Source: an uncultured delta proteobacterium (GTDB lineage Bacteria; Desulfobacterota; RBG-13-43-22). Taken from it: a DNA stretch of 64,000 nucleotides. The position numbers and the translations under genes were made by a program. Positions 19,458 through 29,876 of the stretch are shown here, piece by piece; positions within the stretch are counted from its first letter, which is position 1; every line of letters starts with the position of its first letter. The notes below the pieces were generated by a model. That model was given only the letters and a program-made list of their open reading frames with translations. It was not told the DNA's origin and made no database searches. The DNA lies in the NCBI GenBank assembly GCA_963743305.1, contig CAVUPH010000007.1, positions 160,001-224,000 of the forward strand, read 5' to 3'.

Positions 19458-20861
19458 CTATAAGCCCTTAAGTAATTTGCGAAGGGGTTGGCGAAGTTTT
19501 CCCAAAATCCCCAGCATCCATTCCCCGTAATTGGACAGGAGTACCCGGTAGCCGACGGCTCTGATCTTGGAATAAGGCCAGAAGACCCTAAAGGCAAACC
19601 ACTTCATGGATTTTTCAATCTCCTCCTGCTTAAACTGAGGCATTTCCAGGACGCTTTTTTTATAAATGACATCGTCATCCCCCAACAGGCCGTTTTCTTC
19701 TTTCAGATAGCCTTCTTTTAAACAGAGGTCGTAGAGGTCGGTGCCGGGTAGGGGATAAAAGATGCTGATGCCGGCCACATCGGGCTGAATCTGCTGATTG
19801 AGCCGAACAGTGGCCTGGTGAAGTTCCGGGGTCTCCCCTGGAAGACCGACCATATTCAGTGTTTTGACCTGGAGCCCGACCTCTTTGGCTATTTGGGAGA
19901 CTTCGAGAATCTGCTTATCCGTCATTTTCCTTCTTAAAACGTTACGGCGAAAGGTCTGGTCGCCATGCTCCACCCCGAATCCAACCCGGGTACCCCCGGC
20001 CTCTTTGAGTCGGGTCAGCTTGTCCCGGTCCAGGATCTCCACCCGCCCGGAAAACATAAAGGGAAGGCCGATTTCTTTTTTGTAACGATCGGCGAATTCA
20101 TGGACCAGCTTCCGGTCAATCCAGCAGATATCATCATCGAAGAGAATCTCATTGAAGCGGTATCGGGTCTGCAGCAGTTTGATTTCCTCGATAATGTGGT
20201 TGGCGCTTCGAAAGCGGACGTAGCGTCCCTCCTGAACCTTTCGAATTCGGTGGTTGGAGCAAAAAGTGCAACTGAAAGGACAGCCCCGGCCGGCCAGGAT
20301 GCGAATCTGCGACAGCCCCCAATTATCGATGACCTGCTGATGATCCCTCAATTCCCGGTCGACGAAAGGCAGGCTGTCCAGATCCTGAATCAAAGGACGG
20401 GCCTCATTGCGGATAATCTGGCCGTTCATCCTGATCCAGAGATTTTGGATCCGGGCCACATCGCTTTTCTGATCCAGCGCCCGGGCCAGGTCGAGCAGGG
20501 GATACTCCCCCTCCCCGCGGCAGATCGCATCCAAGCGGGGGGTCTGTTCCAGACATTGAGGATAGATAGTCGGGTGCGGGCCGCCCAGGATGATGAAAGG
20601 GTCCCGAGTCTCCACGGCCTGGATCATTTTCCGGATGAACTGAAACTGAGGGGCCGTGGTGTAGATCCCGATGATTTGAGGTTTGATCCGCTTCAAATCC
20701 TCCTGCCACTTTTCCAGGTAATCCGGGTCAGGATAATAACCAAAATTTATATCGTTATACCCCTGCTGCTTTAGGTAAGCGGAGATGGACATCAGACCAT
20801 GGGCAGCACCCAAGGCCCCAAATCTCTGATTAATTTCGGTTAAAACCAGCAATATCCTCAC
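19458..20861 (-). CDS. B12-binding domain radical SAM protein
   Basis: GGPHPT, RGEGE, RGCPFSCTFC (CxxxCxxC), GVE.G, MVGLPGET. GTG start at 20861 follows an AGGAG RBS. Confidence 0.88.
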   Translation of the reverse strand: MRILLVLTEINQRFGALGAAHGLMSISAYLKQQGYNDINFGYYPDPDYLEKWQEDLKRIKPQIIGIYTTAPQFQFIRKMIQAVETRDPFIILGGPHPTIYPQCLEQTPRLDAICRGEGEYPLLDLARALDQKSDVARIQNLWIRMNGQIIRNEARPLIQDLDSLPFVDRELRDHQQVIDNWGLSQIRILAGRGCPFSCTFCSNHRIRKVQEGRYVRFRSANHIIEEIKLLQTRYRFNEILFDDDICWIDRKLVHEFADRYKKEIGLPFMFSGRVEILDRDKLTRLKEAGGTRVGFGVEHGDQTFRRNVLRRKMTDKQILEVSQIAKEVGLQVKTLNMVGLPGETPELHQATVRLNQQIQPDVAGISIFYPLPGTDLYDLCLKEGYLKEENGLLGDDDVIYKKSVLEMPQFKQEEIEKSMKWFAFRVFWPYSKIRAVGYRVLLSNYGEWMLGILGKLRQPLRKLLKGL

Positions 20862-21097
20862 AAAATGCTCCTTTGGAAAATCCTTTCGCCGAGACTCGGA
20901 GGTCAGACTAGATAGGCGGGAGTTCCCGCCCAAAAAGGCGAGGCGTTTGATTTATTAATTTAACACACCTGCGGTTATTAGACAAGGTTTGATGACGCCT
21001 TGAATGGCCCATCACCGGAAGGGTCCCCGGATTATTTTTTTATTTGAGATTTTGACTGGAAAAGTTACTCTATTCTCAGAAAGGTGTTGAAGAAAAC

Positions 21098-22120
21098 ATG
21101 AAGAAAAAGAGTTTAGGGTGGATACTTGCCGCCCTGCTGCTGACGATTATCGGGGTGGGACTTTACAGCTTCGGATTGCGGGCGGTCTACCGTCATTGGG
21201 GCTACTTCTTTCTCAAATCCGCGGAAACCCAATGGCCCGCCGGGTCCCGGGAAAGGATAAAAAATCTATTGGGGGACCTGAAGGGGAAGGTCGTTTGGGG
21301 GTCGAGCCGCACCAAGACCCACCAGCTTTTTCTGATGACCCTTCCGGATCTCCGGATCTACCAACTGACCGATCATCCTCACGTCAGCTTTCACCCCCGT
21401 TTCAGTCCGGAGGGCCAACGGATCGTCTTCGCCCGTTCCCAGCGACCCTGGGTTTCCGAGAGGGACCAGATCCCCTGGGATATTTATATCCTGCATTTGG
21501 CGGGGGGTAAGGAAAGACTGGCGGCCCAAGACGGCAATTTTCCCCTTTGGCTCCCGGACGGGGAACGGATCCTCTTTCTGCGGAAGGATCAAGTGGTGGT
21601 CAAGGATCTGAACTCCGAGAAGGAGCGAGTATTATTTGACGGTCGAAAGCCGCCCTTTGATGGAGAACCGTCCAACCCGGAAATTTGTCCCTGGGACCCC
21701 AAGCTCCTGAGTGTTACCCTCAGGGGTAAGACCTCCGGAATCTTTATCATCAATTTAAAAACCGGGAGCCATTCCCTACTAACTAGTTCCGGCTGTGAGG
21801 CCCATTGGCGGCCGGACCGGCCGGAAATCATCTGGGTGGAGAACGGCGGCCGCGGTGGGACCCGGATTATGGTCTCCCCCATCGACCGGTTTCAGCGAAC
21901 CGTCTTCATGGACCTTCCCTTTTCTTTCAGTCATGAATACTTCCCTCGTTTTTCAGCCGATGGAAAATGGTTTATCTGGGGGGCCTCCGCGGGGGAACAT
22001 GAGCACGATATCGCTGATTACGAAATCTTCCTTTGGAAAGTGGGGACTCCCTGGGAGCAGGCCGTCCGGTTGACCTTTAATTCCGCCAACGATCGGTTTC
22101 CGGATATTTATTTGGAATAG
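21098..22120 (+). CDS. Membrane-anchored TolB-like (PD40 repeat) beta-propeller protein
   Basis: N-terminal TM helix; repeats PRFSPEG.RIVF, PLWLPDG.RILF, PRFSADGKWFIW. Confidence 0.75.
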   Translation: MKKKSLGWILAALLLTIIGVGLYSFGLRAVYRHWGYFFLKSAETQWPAGSRERIKNLLGDLKGKVVWGSSRTKTHQLFLMTLPDLRIYQLTDHPHVSFHPRFSPEGQRIVFARSQRPWVSERDQIPWDIYILHLAGGKERLAAQDGNFPLWLPDGERILFLRKDQVVVKDLNSEKERVLFDGRKPPFDGEPSNPEICPWDPKLLSVTLRGKTSGIFIINLKTGSHSLLTSSGCEAHWRPDRPEIIWVENGGRGGTRIMVSPIDRFQRTVFMDLPFSFSHEYFPRFSADGKWFIWGASAGEHEHDIADYEIFLWKVGTPWEQAVRLTFNSANDRFPDIYLE

Positions 22121-22123
22121 CAC

Positions 22124-22177
22124 CAAAAAAAAACCTTTTTCACCGCAAAGGCGCAAAGGACGCCAAGGTTTTTTTTG
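22124..22177. terminator. Bidirectional terminator-like inverted repeat between convergent genes
   Basis: CAAAAAAAAACCTT ... AAGGTTTTTTTTG enclosing CACCGCAAAGGCGCAAAGGACGCC. Confidence 0.5.
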
Positions 22178-22420
22178 TCAGGGCTGAATCCCGGCCTTCT
22201 GCACCACGATCCGGTCGATATAGAAAGGGCTGGTGTTGTGGGAAAAGATTCGGAATTCCAGTTCTTCCTCCTCTTTCAGCCTGAAAGGCAGGATAAATTC
22301 CTGGTAGCGGTCAGCCGCCTCAAAATCGCGGCCGGTGATTTCTTGCTGGTTCAGGATAACGGTTCCCCGCTGGGCCGAAACGTCAATCCGCGCCAGAGGC
22401 CCAGTGAAACCCGGCTGCTT
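22178..22420 (-). CDS. C-terminal end of the large GT-C-like protein (after frameshift)
   Basis: PLARIDV...EITGRDF...YQEFILPFRL....LEFRIF...YIDRIVV completes the second copy of a repeated domain. Shift at an A7 run (T7 at 22419-22425). Confidence 0.7.
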   Translation of the reverse strand, partial: KQPGFTGPLARIDVSAQRGTVILNQQEITGRDFEAADRYQEFILPFRLKEEEELEFRIFSHNTSPFYIDRIVVQKAGIQP

Positions 22421-25227
22421 TTTTTCAGCCGGAATCGGGCCTGATAGGCTCCGGGGGGGTAAGTCTGGTAAGGGCCGTAGACCACATAAGCGGGGTGATC
22501 TTCTGCCGGGTTGGTTTTTAAGGCCCATCCCCCTGCGGTTTCCGGATCCTGAACCGGTTTGATCAGATAACGAAATAGATCCAGGGGGCCGAAGCCGGCC
22601 GGCGGAAAGGGGAGGTCGGCGAAAGAAACGACGATCTTATCCGCCCAGGTGGTTTCCCGGCCGAAAGTGTAAAGGCGGAACTCCAGGATCTCCGGTTTAA
22701 GAATTTCAAAAGGAAAAAGAAATCGTTGATAGTTCCCCGCCTGCCGGAAATCCGTGCCGCAAATCTCCTTTCGGGCTACGGATTTTTTCCCCTTAAAAGT
22801 CACCACCTCCGCCAATAGGAGCGGTTGAGGGGAGTCATTTTTCAGGGACTTGACCCTAAATACAGCCTGGTATTTTCCGGAAGGGAAAAACCGATAAACA
22901 TTATAGGCCAATAGCCCACTAGGACCAGCCAAGGCTTGGGTGGCTTTTTTCATCGAAGCCTCCGGGTCAGGCACCACCTGCCCCACGGTGTGCCGCATCT
23001 CCTCGGCCTCCAGGACAACGCCGGTGGATTCCCGGTGTCGAATTGGAGGGCGGTCGATTACTCGCTCCGGGGGGAGGACTTCGAAAAGGGACTGCTCCAT
23101 GTTGGTCATGATCAATTTCAGGTAGGGGGAGTCCATCAGGTTTCTAAAGGCCAAGTGCCCTGAAAAGGGGCTGACTTTATAAAAATAAAGTTCTTGGTGG
23201 TGTACCAGGTGCGTTACACCCAATTGTCGCAGGTGGTCATAGTCCTCCCGGGTTATTTCCCCCACATTCAGACCGATGAGAGGCCAGAAGACTTTTTCCA
23301 CGTACCGTTTGGCCACCACCGGACTATAGCCGTTAACCATGGGTACCCTGGACTGGGTTATATAATATTCGTAGAGGGAGGACTGGTGAGAATCTCCCGG
23401 AAACATGGGTACTCCCAGGGCAACCGGATTTTTTTCCGGCACCCGGTGTAGGGTCTCGTAGACTGGATTACCTTCATCCAGCCGTGAAAGGCCGATTTTG
23501 TTCTGGGGATGATAGTCCCAGACCACCAGGGCGGCTGCCGCCGTTAGAAGGATGACGGGCCTGATCCTTTTCCCGGGCATCCTGGCCTGAAGGCGTCGTT
23601 GAATCCCCTCCAGGCCAAAGGCGACAACGATCCCCCAGCAGAGAAAACTGAGAAAGATGATCCGGGCCGGGTCCCGGGGGTATTTGAAAAAGGGAAAATA
23701 ATTATACATGAATCGGTAAATAGGGAGAACCGGATCAAAATAGGCCCCCAGGGCGATGGCATAACTTAAGATCAGAATCCCCGAAAAAAACCAGAACCGC
23801 CAGCGGTCGGCCCGGTTCCAGGCTGTCGGAGCGAGGAATTGTTCTACCAACAGGAGCAGCAGCAGGAGGGCCGGGATCCAACCCGGATAAACAAACTTTT
23901 CGCTGCCGGTATTATACCGTTTAAAAAGGTCTATGATTTCAGGCGAATAGGAGGTCACCTCGTGCCAGGTCCGTCCCTTCCCGACGATGGAGTCCCCCAC
24001 CAGCTTTTTCCTGTTCTGGAGGGAATATCCGACAGCCAGGGAGATGAACAAAGAGAGCACCAGAACCATTCCGATAATTTTTCGCCAGGGGAGTTCCAAG
24101 AGCGTTCGGGAGGATAAATGCCAGGTTTGACGGCGGTGAAAAAAGATCTTTAGGATGATGATTCCCACAAAGCTAAGGAAAAACAACCCTCTTCGCATAA
24201 AAGCTGAAGAGAACAGGGCGGGATAGGGGGCCAGGAGCAGCAGCAGGGAGGGGAGATAAGAGAGGGCCTCTTTTTTTCGAACCGCCGACAGGGTTTGCCC
24301 AGTGAGGGAGGTCAGCAGTTGACTGGTCAGCAGCCAGCTAAAATAAAACAGCAGCGCATAAAAACCAAGGGTAAACCAGCCGATTAATCCGAACACCTTT
24401 TCCTGATGGAACAGAGCCCGGGTCCAGTAAACGGCAATCCCGGAAAGGAGCCCGAGGATCAGGACCAGGATCAAGGGCCAGAGAGGCCGGTCTGTATCTT
24501 GACGGCGGCTTCCATCCTCTTTCAGCAGTCTCGGACCCAGGATCCGGGCGGGCAGATACAGACACAGAAAAAGGAGGAAGAAATAGAGCAGGTGTGTTTC
24601 CACCATTCCCAGACAAAGAATGCAGAGGCCGGAAAGTACAATGGGCCAATAGCGTCGAGCCCGGTAGCCCTTTTCAAAGAGAAAGAGGGACAGGGGGATC
24701 AAGAACCAGACATAGCCGTTGATATGGCCGGCCAGGAGCTGAGTCTGGCGGCTGGGGGCCAGGGCAAAGACCAGTCCGCCGACAAAGGACGGGAGGGCGG
24801 ACAGGCCCCAAAACCGGACCAGATAATACACCGAAAGGCCGGAAAAAACATAGGTCAAGAGGATCAGGAGGTTATGGGCCGGCACATTTCCGAAAACCGA
24901 CAGGAGAAAGAAAAGGATGGAGACCGGAAACTGGGCATATCCATGCTGGAGATAGCTGCCCGCAATGTGGAATTCGTAGGGATTGGAGAAAAAGGCGGAT
25001 TGGCCGATCAGGTTATCCTTGAAGAGCCAGAACCAGTAGTAGGTCTGGAGATGGTCCCCCGCCACCAGGGGCAGCAGAGCGGCGTTTTCTTCCGGAAGCA
25101 GGACATAGGGAATGGCTTCCCTGAGGTGCAGGATCAGCGGATAGGTGGCGACAAGGGCAACAAGGCAGTAACCGACCGAGACAATCAGCCATTCCCACCG
25201 GAACCGGTTCTGGGAGTTGTTCCCCAC
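22351..25227 (-). CDS. Large polytopic GT-C-like membrane protein with tandem C-terminal beta domains; full gene about 22178-25227
   Basis: GD.LQ.YY.FW loop, many TM helices, R.PAR, MVNGYSP, and an extracytoplasmic repeat GKYQAVFRVK...ICGTDF...YQRF.FPF.....LEFRLY. Confidence 0.7.
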   Translation of the reverse strand: MGNNSQNRFRWEWLIVSVGYCLVALVATYPLILHLREAIPYVLLPEENAALLPLVAGDHLQTYYWFWLFKDNLIGQSAFFSNPYEFHIAGSYLQHGYAQFPVSILFFLLSVFGNVPAHNLLILLTYVFSGLSVYYLVRFWGLSALPSFVGGLVFALAPSRQTQLLAGHINGYVWFLIPLSLFLFEKGYRARRYWPIVLSGLCILCLGMVETHLLYFFLLFLCLYLPARILGPRLLKEDGSRRQDTDRPLWPLILVLILGLLSGIAVYWTRALFHQEKVFGLIGWFTLGFYALLFYFSWLLTSQLLTSLTGQTLSAVRKKEALSYLPSLLLLLAPYPALFSSAFMRRGLFFLSFVGIIILKIFFHRRQTWHLSSRTLLELPWRKIIGMVLVLSLFISLAVGYSLQNRKKLVGDSIVGKGRTWHEVTSYSPEIIDLFKRYNTGSEKFVYPGWIPALLLLLLLVEQFLAPTAWNRADRWRFWFFSGILILSYAIALGAYFDPVLPIYRFMYNYFPFFKYPRDPARIIFLSFLCWGIVVAFGLEGIQRRLQARMPGKRIRPVILLTAAAALVVWDYHPQNKIGLSRLDEGNPVYETLHRVPEKNPVALGVPMFPGDSHQSSLYEYYITQSRVPMVNGYSPVVAKRYVEKVFWPLIGLNVGEITREDYDHLRQLGVTHLVHHQELYFYKVSPFSGHLAFRNLMDSPYLKLIMTNMEQSLFEVLPPERVIDRPPIRHRESTGVVLEAEEMRHTVGQVVPDPEASMKKATQALAGPSGLLAYNVYRFFPSGKYQAVFRVKSLKNDSPQPLLLAEVVTFKGKKSVARKEICGTDFRQAGNYQRFLFPFEILKPEILEFRLYTFGRETTWADKIVVSFADLPFPPAGFGPLDLFRYLIKPVQDPETAGGWALKTNPAEDHPAYVVYGPYQTYPPGAYQARFRLKKSSRVSLGLWRGLTFRPSGEPLS

Positions 25228-25522
25228 GGTCCTTTAGAACCCCTTGAACGCTTTCCGCAAGATCTTCCGAAACCCGCGGGCGGTGTCTTTCTTGGGAAAG
25301 CGGTGGAACATTTTAGGCTTCATAATTGGCCGCCTTACTTTTTCATTTCCCGAGCATTTTATACAAAAAACAGTACCATATCACCAGGAAATGAAACAAG
25401 GATAATCTCGGGATAATCTCCGGAGGTATCCCCCCGGTGGCCTCAGGGCACTGTGCCAATGGATTGGCCGGTCTATTTGTTGAGTTGACAGAACCCGGGC
25501 GTCATGGTAAAAAAAGTGACGC

Positions 25523-25635
25523 TTCGCCCTTTTGGGTGGGTACCCCCTAGATCTGGTATGGCCACGAGGGCCTGATTTCAGTCTAATCTACTAGATATTG
25601 TGGCCACCCACCCAAAAGGGCGAACAACCAAAAAA
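25523..25635. repeat. Palindromic MITE-like element, family A, copy 2
   Basis: Perfect 19-bp terminal IR TTCGCCCTTTTGGGTGGGT / ACCCACCCAAAAGGGCGAA; homologous to 18532-18659. Confidence 0.75.
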
Positions 25636-25781
25636 GTATCACGGAGGGATGAGCGATCGGCTCAAGCCGGTGATTTTGAAGAAGGCTTTCCTTCCGGGGA
25701 ACGAGGGTTAAAAGTCCTCTTCTCTCCCCATCCCGCCCTCGGCCTGGTATCGTTCCGGCGGCCGGCAACGGACAAATCAAG

Positions 25782-26630
25782 ATGAGCGCAGAGATCAACA
25801 GCAAACGGCTGGAGGAGGAGTACCTTCAGCACACCAACTACCATCTGTTCCCCGGCGGCCGGAAGCGTCTAGGGGTTATTATGGAACTTGGTGAGCGGCG
25901 GTCCCGGGACCTGGGAAGACGACTTCGGGTGCTGGATGTAGGTTGCGGAAATGGTTCCAACAGCCTTCCTCTGGCGAGCCGCGGGCATCACCTGTTAGGG
26001 ATCGACATCTCCACCGAGTCGATTCAATATGCCGCCCTGAAGAATTCCTTTCCCAACGCCCGTTTTCTAGTCCATAACCTGATTGAAAAGCCGCTGGACG
26101 AAACCTTCGACCTGGTTCTTTGTTCCGAAGTTTTGGAGCATCTGCCCCATCCGAAACCCCTGGTTCTGGCCATGGCCCGGGTCCTGGAGCCCGGGGGCCG
26201 GCTATTGATTACGGTGCCTAACGGTTACGGGCCCCGTGAGGTACTCGGCCGGATCGAAATCGGTCTGAACCGGAATCGCTCCCTGCAGCCCCTTTTGACC
26301 GGATTCCGCCGTCTGCTGCGGATGAGTTCGGCGGATGAAAAATGCCGGATGCATACTTCCAATCCGGATCAGGATCATGTCCAAAAGTTTACTCCCGGGC
26401 AACTGAGGCGCCTGATTGAATCCGGCGGCCTGAACATTACGGGCTGGGTGAATTCCTTCTGGCTATTGAGCCTTTTCGGAAAGGCCAAGGCCGGGACCAA
26501 CTTCGCCGCCCGAATAGACTCCTGGCTGGCGGACCACGGGCCGAAAATTTTCTCCAGCGGGTGGTACGTGATCTGTGAAAAGAAAAAACCGGTAGCGGAT
26601 GAGGTCGTCGGGAAAAAACAAAATGGATAA
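25782..26630 (+). CDS. Class I SAM-dependent methyltransferase
   Basis: VLDVGCGNG, GIDIS, FDLVLCSEVLEH, L.PGG.LLITVPN. Confidence 0.88.
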   Translation: MSAEINSKRLEEEYLQHTNYHLFPGGRKRLGVIMELGERRSRDLGRRLRVLDVGCGNGSNSLPLASRGHHLLGIDISTESIQYAALKNSFPNARFLVHNLIEKPLDETFDLVLCSEVLEHLPHPKPLVLAMARVLEPGGRLLITVPNGYGPREVLGRIEIGLNRNRSLQPLLTGFRRLLRMSSADEKCRMHTSNPDQDHVQKFTPGQLRRLIESGGLNITGWVNSFWLLSLFGKAKAGTNFAARIDSWLADHGPKIFSSGWYVICEKKKPVADEVVGKKQNG

Positions 26631-27465
26631 TCGTCCTTCCCCGGAGATCCTCTTTTTCGCCGATGCCCATGTTCACATCTATCAGGGTTTTGATGTGCCC
26701 GGCCTGTTGGAAGCCGCCCTAAACAATTTTAAGAGGGTGGCCGAACAACAACGGATCTCACGACCCTGGAAGGCTTTTTTATTCCTGGCGGAAGCCGCCG
26801 GCGAGGATTGGTTTTCCCGCTTTAGCCTTTTGGCCACCGGTCCTCAACAAAAGTACTCGGATAAAATAGGAAACTGGACTTTTAAAAAAACCCGGGAAGA
26901 GTGGTCCCTTTGCGGGGAATCTCAGGACGGGGATGGCCTTTATTTGGTTTCCGGGCGTCAAATCAAAGCCAGCGCTAACCTCGAGGTGTTGGCTATAGGG
27001 ACCCGAGAGCGTTTTCCGGAAGGACTCCCTCTAAAGGAATTGGTGCAAGCCATCGGAAAAACAGGGGCGATGGCGGTCATACCCTGGGGGGTGGGCAAAT
27101 GGCTGGGAGCCCGCGGCCTGATGATAAAAAAGCTCCTTCACGATCCGGAGGTCCCCCGGTTTTTTTTGGGTGACAACCGGAATCGCCCTGTTTTCTGGCC
27201 TCGGCCGGCGTTGTTTGCCGAGGCGGCCGGAAGGGGCTTTAAGACCTTGCCCGGCAGCGATCCCTTGCCGCTGTCGGGACATTTTGCGCTCCCGGGAAGT
27301 TACGGCTTCAGTGCGGAGGGAGTGCTGAATCCGGACTATCCCTGGCGGAGTATGCAAGAAATCCTTTTGGCACCCGATCGTTCCTTACGCCCTTATGGCA
27401 GCCAAGTGGGGCCTGTCGGATTTTTAGGGGCGCAGGTCCGCTTGAAAGTCGGGAAGCGTCCCTAG
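26623..27465 (+). CDS. PHP-fold-like metal-binding hypothetical protein
   Basis: ADAHVH at the N-terminus, LEVLAIG, IPWGVGKW and PGSDPLP. Confidence 0.6.
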   Translation: MDNRPSPEILFFADAHVHIYQGFDVPGLLEAALNNFKRVAEQQRISRPWKAFLFLAEAAGEDWFSRFSLLATGPQQKYSDKIGNWTFKKTREEWSLCGESQDGDGLYLVSGRQIKASANLEVLAIGTRERFPEGLPLKELVQAIGKTGAMAVIPWGVGKWLGARGLMIKKLLHDPEVPRFFLGDNRNRPVFWPRPALFAEAAGRGFKTLPGSDPLPLSGHFALPGSYGFSAEGVLNPDYPWRSMQEILLAPDRSLRPYGSQVGPVGFLGAQVRLKVGKRP

Positions 27466-27469
27466 TCAG

Positions 27470-29141
27470 ATGAAAAGAAAACCGGAGGTTCTGGCAGACG
27501 GTCCGTTTGATGTCCTGGTTATTGGGGGGGGCATCCACGGCGCTGCGATTTTCCATGAAGCAGCCGCCAGCGGCTTCCGGACCGCCTTGATCGAACAAGG
27601 GGACTTCGGCCAGGGAACGTCGGCCAACAGCTTAAAGATTATTCACGGCGGCTTGCGCTATCTCCAGCAGGCCGACCTTAAGCGGGTCCGGCAATCCATC
27701 GGCTGTCGGAGAAAAATGATGGCCTTTGCCCCCCACCTGATAAAACCTCAGCCCTTCCTTATCCCGGTTTACGGCCATGGAATCAAGGGAAAAGAGGCCC
27801 TGGTCCTGGCCCTGACGTTGAACGATCTTTTTGGTTGGGACCGCAACCGAAATCTGCCTGAAAATAATCTTCTCCCCCCGGGTCGGGTCTTGTCCTCTAC
27901 CGAATGTTTGCACCAAATCCCCCATCTGGATAAAAAAGGTCTGACCGGGGGGGCGCTCTGGTACGACGGCCTGGTTCAACACACGGAGCGTCTGACGCTG
28001 GAGTATATTTGGTCGGGCTGGGATCAGGGAGGAGTGGCCGCTAATTATGTCCGGGCCCGCGGTCTGGTATTAGAAGCCGGCGAGGTCCGGGGCATTAAAG
28101 CCGAAGAGGTTTTCTCCGGGACGGAATTTCCCATTCGGGCCAGGATGGTCATCAACGCCTCCGGACCCTGGTTAAACGATCTTCTGGACCCGTTGCCGCG
28201 GCCTCCCCGGATCGCCGCCGATTGGGTTAAGGGTCTTAATCTGATCGTTCGCCGTCCCCTTTTCGGGGAATATGGGATAGGGCTCAATGGGGTCTCCTCA
28301 AGCGGTAGGAAGCCGGGATCCCGTTTTTTCTTTTTTGTTCCCTGGCAGGGGCAGACCATGATCGGTACAGCCTATACCCGGTCTAACGGCCTGGCGGTGC
28401 AAGCCCGGATGGAAGAAAGCGATTTGGATGGCTTTATAAAAGAGATCAACACCATCTACCCCCCGGCTCAATTGACCAGGAAAGGGGTGTCCTTTTATCA
28501 TTTCGGCCTCCAGCCGGTTTCCGAAGGGCAAGCCAGCAACGATCCCCATCCTGATCCGGACCGGCACTCGTTGATTTACGATCACGAATCCCGGGATGGA
28601 CTAAAGGGGCTGATTTCCGTAAAAAGCACCAAATACACCACCGCCCCTCAGTCAGCCGAAAAGATACTGATGCTCATCAGGGCCAAATGGAATGAACCTG
28701 CCGGGTCGTCCACCTCCCCATCCCGGTCTCCCTCCAATGATCAGAAATCGGTTGAGGACGATTTGCGACAGATTTCATTACCTGTACAAGGGGGGGCTTC
28801 CGCAGCCCTGGCCGCTCATTTTTGGCAAAATTATGGCCCGCGGAGCCGGGAAGTGATCCGAAATATTCGCCAGGCGCCAGGGACCTTTCGCCCAATCTCT
28901 TCTGAACCCCCTCTGTTCGGCTGACGAAGTGCTTTATGGCCTCCGGGAGGAAATGGCCCTGAGGCTCTCCGATGTCGTTTTCCGACGAACCAGCCTGGCC
29001 CGGAGCGGCCTTCCGTCTCTGGACACCCTGTGGCAGGTGACCCAGATAATGGCTCTCGAACTGGGGTGGGATGAAAAACGTCAACAAAGGGAAGTCGAAG
29101 AGGTGGTCCGAGTCTATGAACCTCTGAGGGAGAATAAATGA
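27470..29141 (+). CDS. FAD-dependent glycerol-3-phosphate dehydrogenase/oxidase-like protein (GlpD family); frameshift near 28910
   Basis: DVLVIGGGIHG, DFGQGTS.NSLKIIHGGLRYL, VINASGPW, KYTTA. The C-terminal EEMA..LSDV.FRRT is in another frame (28929-29141). Confidence 0.82.
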
Positions 29142-29872
29142 ATCCGGAGTCCAGGAACCGTCAGCCGGAATACGCCGATGTGGAAACCTCGTCCGAAGGC
29201 TACGCCCGACGCTTTTCCGGCGAAGTGGGAAAATACTTTTTAGAGGTTCAAACCCGGATTACCCTGGAGTTGCTGAAACCCTGGCCCCGGGCCCGGGTCC
29301 TGGATGTGGGCGGGGGGCACGCTCAGCTCGCCCTGCCGCTGGTTGAAGCCGGATATGAGGTGACCGTAGTCGGCAGCCGCCCGGAATGCCAGGATCGCCT
29401 CACTCGCCTGCTCCCGGACGGATCGTATACCTTTCAGGTAGGGGACCTGCTGGCCCTGCCTTTTGATGATAAGCGTTTCGATGTGGTCCTTTCGTTCCGT
29501 CTGATCCCCCATCTCGAGGCCTGGCCGGCATTAATCGCCGAACTCTGCCGTTTGGCGGGCCAAGCTGTAATCGTGGACTACCCCGACCTGCGCAGCGTCA
29601 ATATTTTCTCCAAGCTTTTGTTTCAGTTAAAAAAAGCCGTGGAAAAAAACACCCGACCTTTCGCCTGCTTCAGCCGGGGAGAAATTATGAACGAATTCCA
29701 AAAAAACCGGTTCGGGCGGCCACTTTTCCGGCCGGAATTTTTTTGGCCCATGGCGCTCCACCGGGCTTTGAAAAGCGGGGTCGCTTCAAAAAGTCTGGAA
29801 GCATTCGTTCAACGGATGGGCTTAACCGGGCTCCTGGGTTCGCCGATTGTCCTTCGCGTAACTCCGGAATAG
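29138..29872 (+). CDS. Class I SAM-dependent methyltransferase
   Basis: VLDVGGGH, LPFDDKRFDVV; ATGA-type overlap with the preceding gene. Confidence 0.82.
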   Translation: MNPESRNRQPEYADVETSSEGYARRFSGEVGKYFLEVQTRITLELLKPWPRARVLDVGGGHAQLALPLVEAGYEVTVVGSRPECQDRLTRLLPDGSYTFQVGDLLALPFDDKRFDVVLSFRLIPHLEAWPALIAELCRLAGQAVIVDYPDLRSVNIFSKLLFQLKKAVEKNTRPFACFSRGEIMNEFQKNRFGRPLFRPEFFWPMALHRALKSGVASKSLEAFVQRMGLTGLLGSPIVLRVTPE

Positions 29873-29876
29873 CCTC

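Noticed and set aside
24406-25416. 336-aa plus-strand ORF
   Set aside because: Antisense to the hydrophobic GT-C-like gene, with low-complexity charged composition and no motifs. The same reasoning applies to 19965-20774 and 48016-48903.
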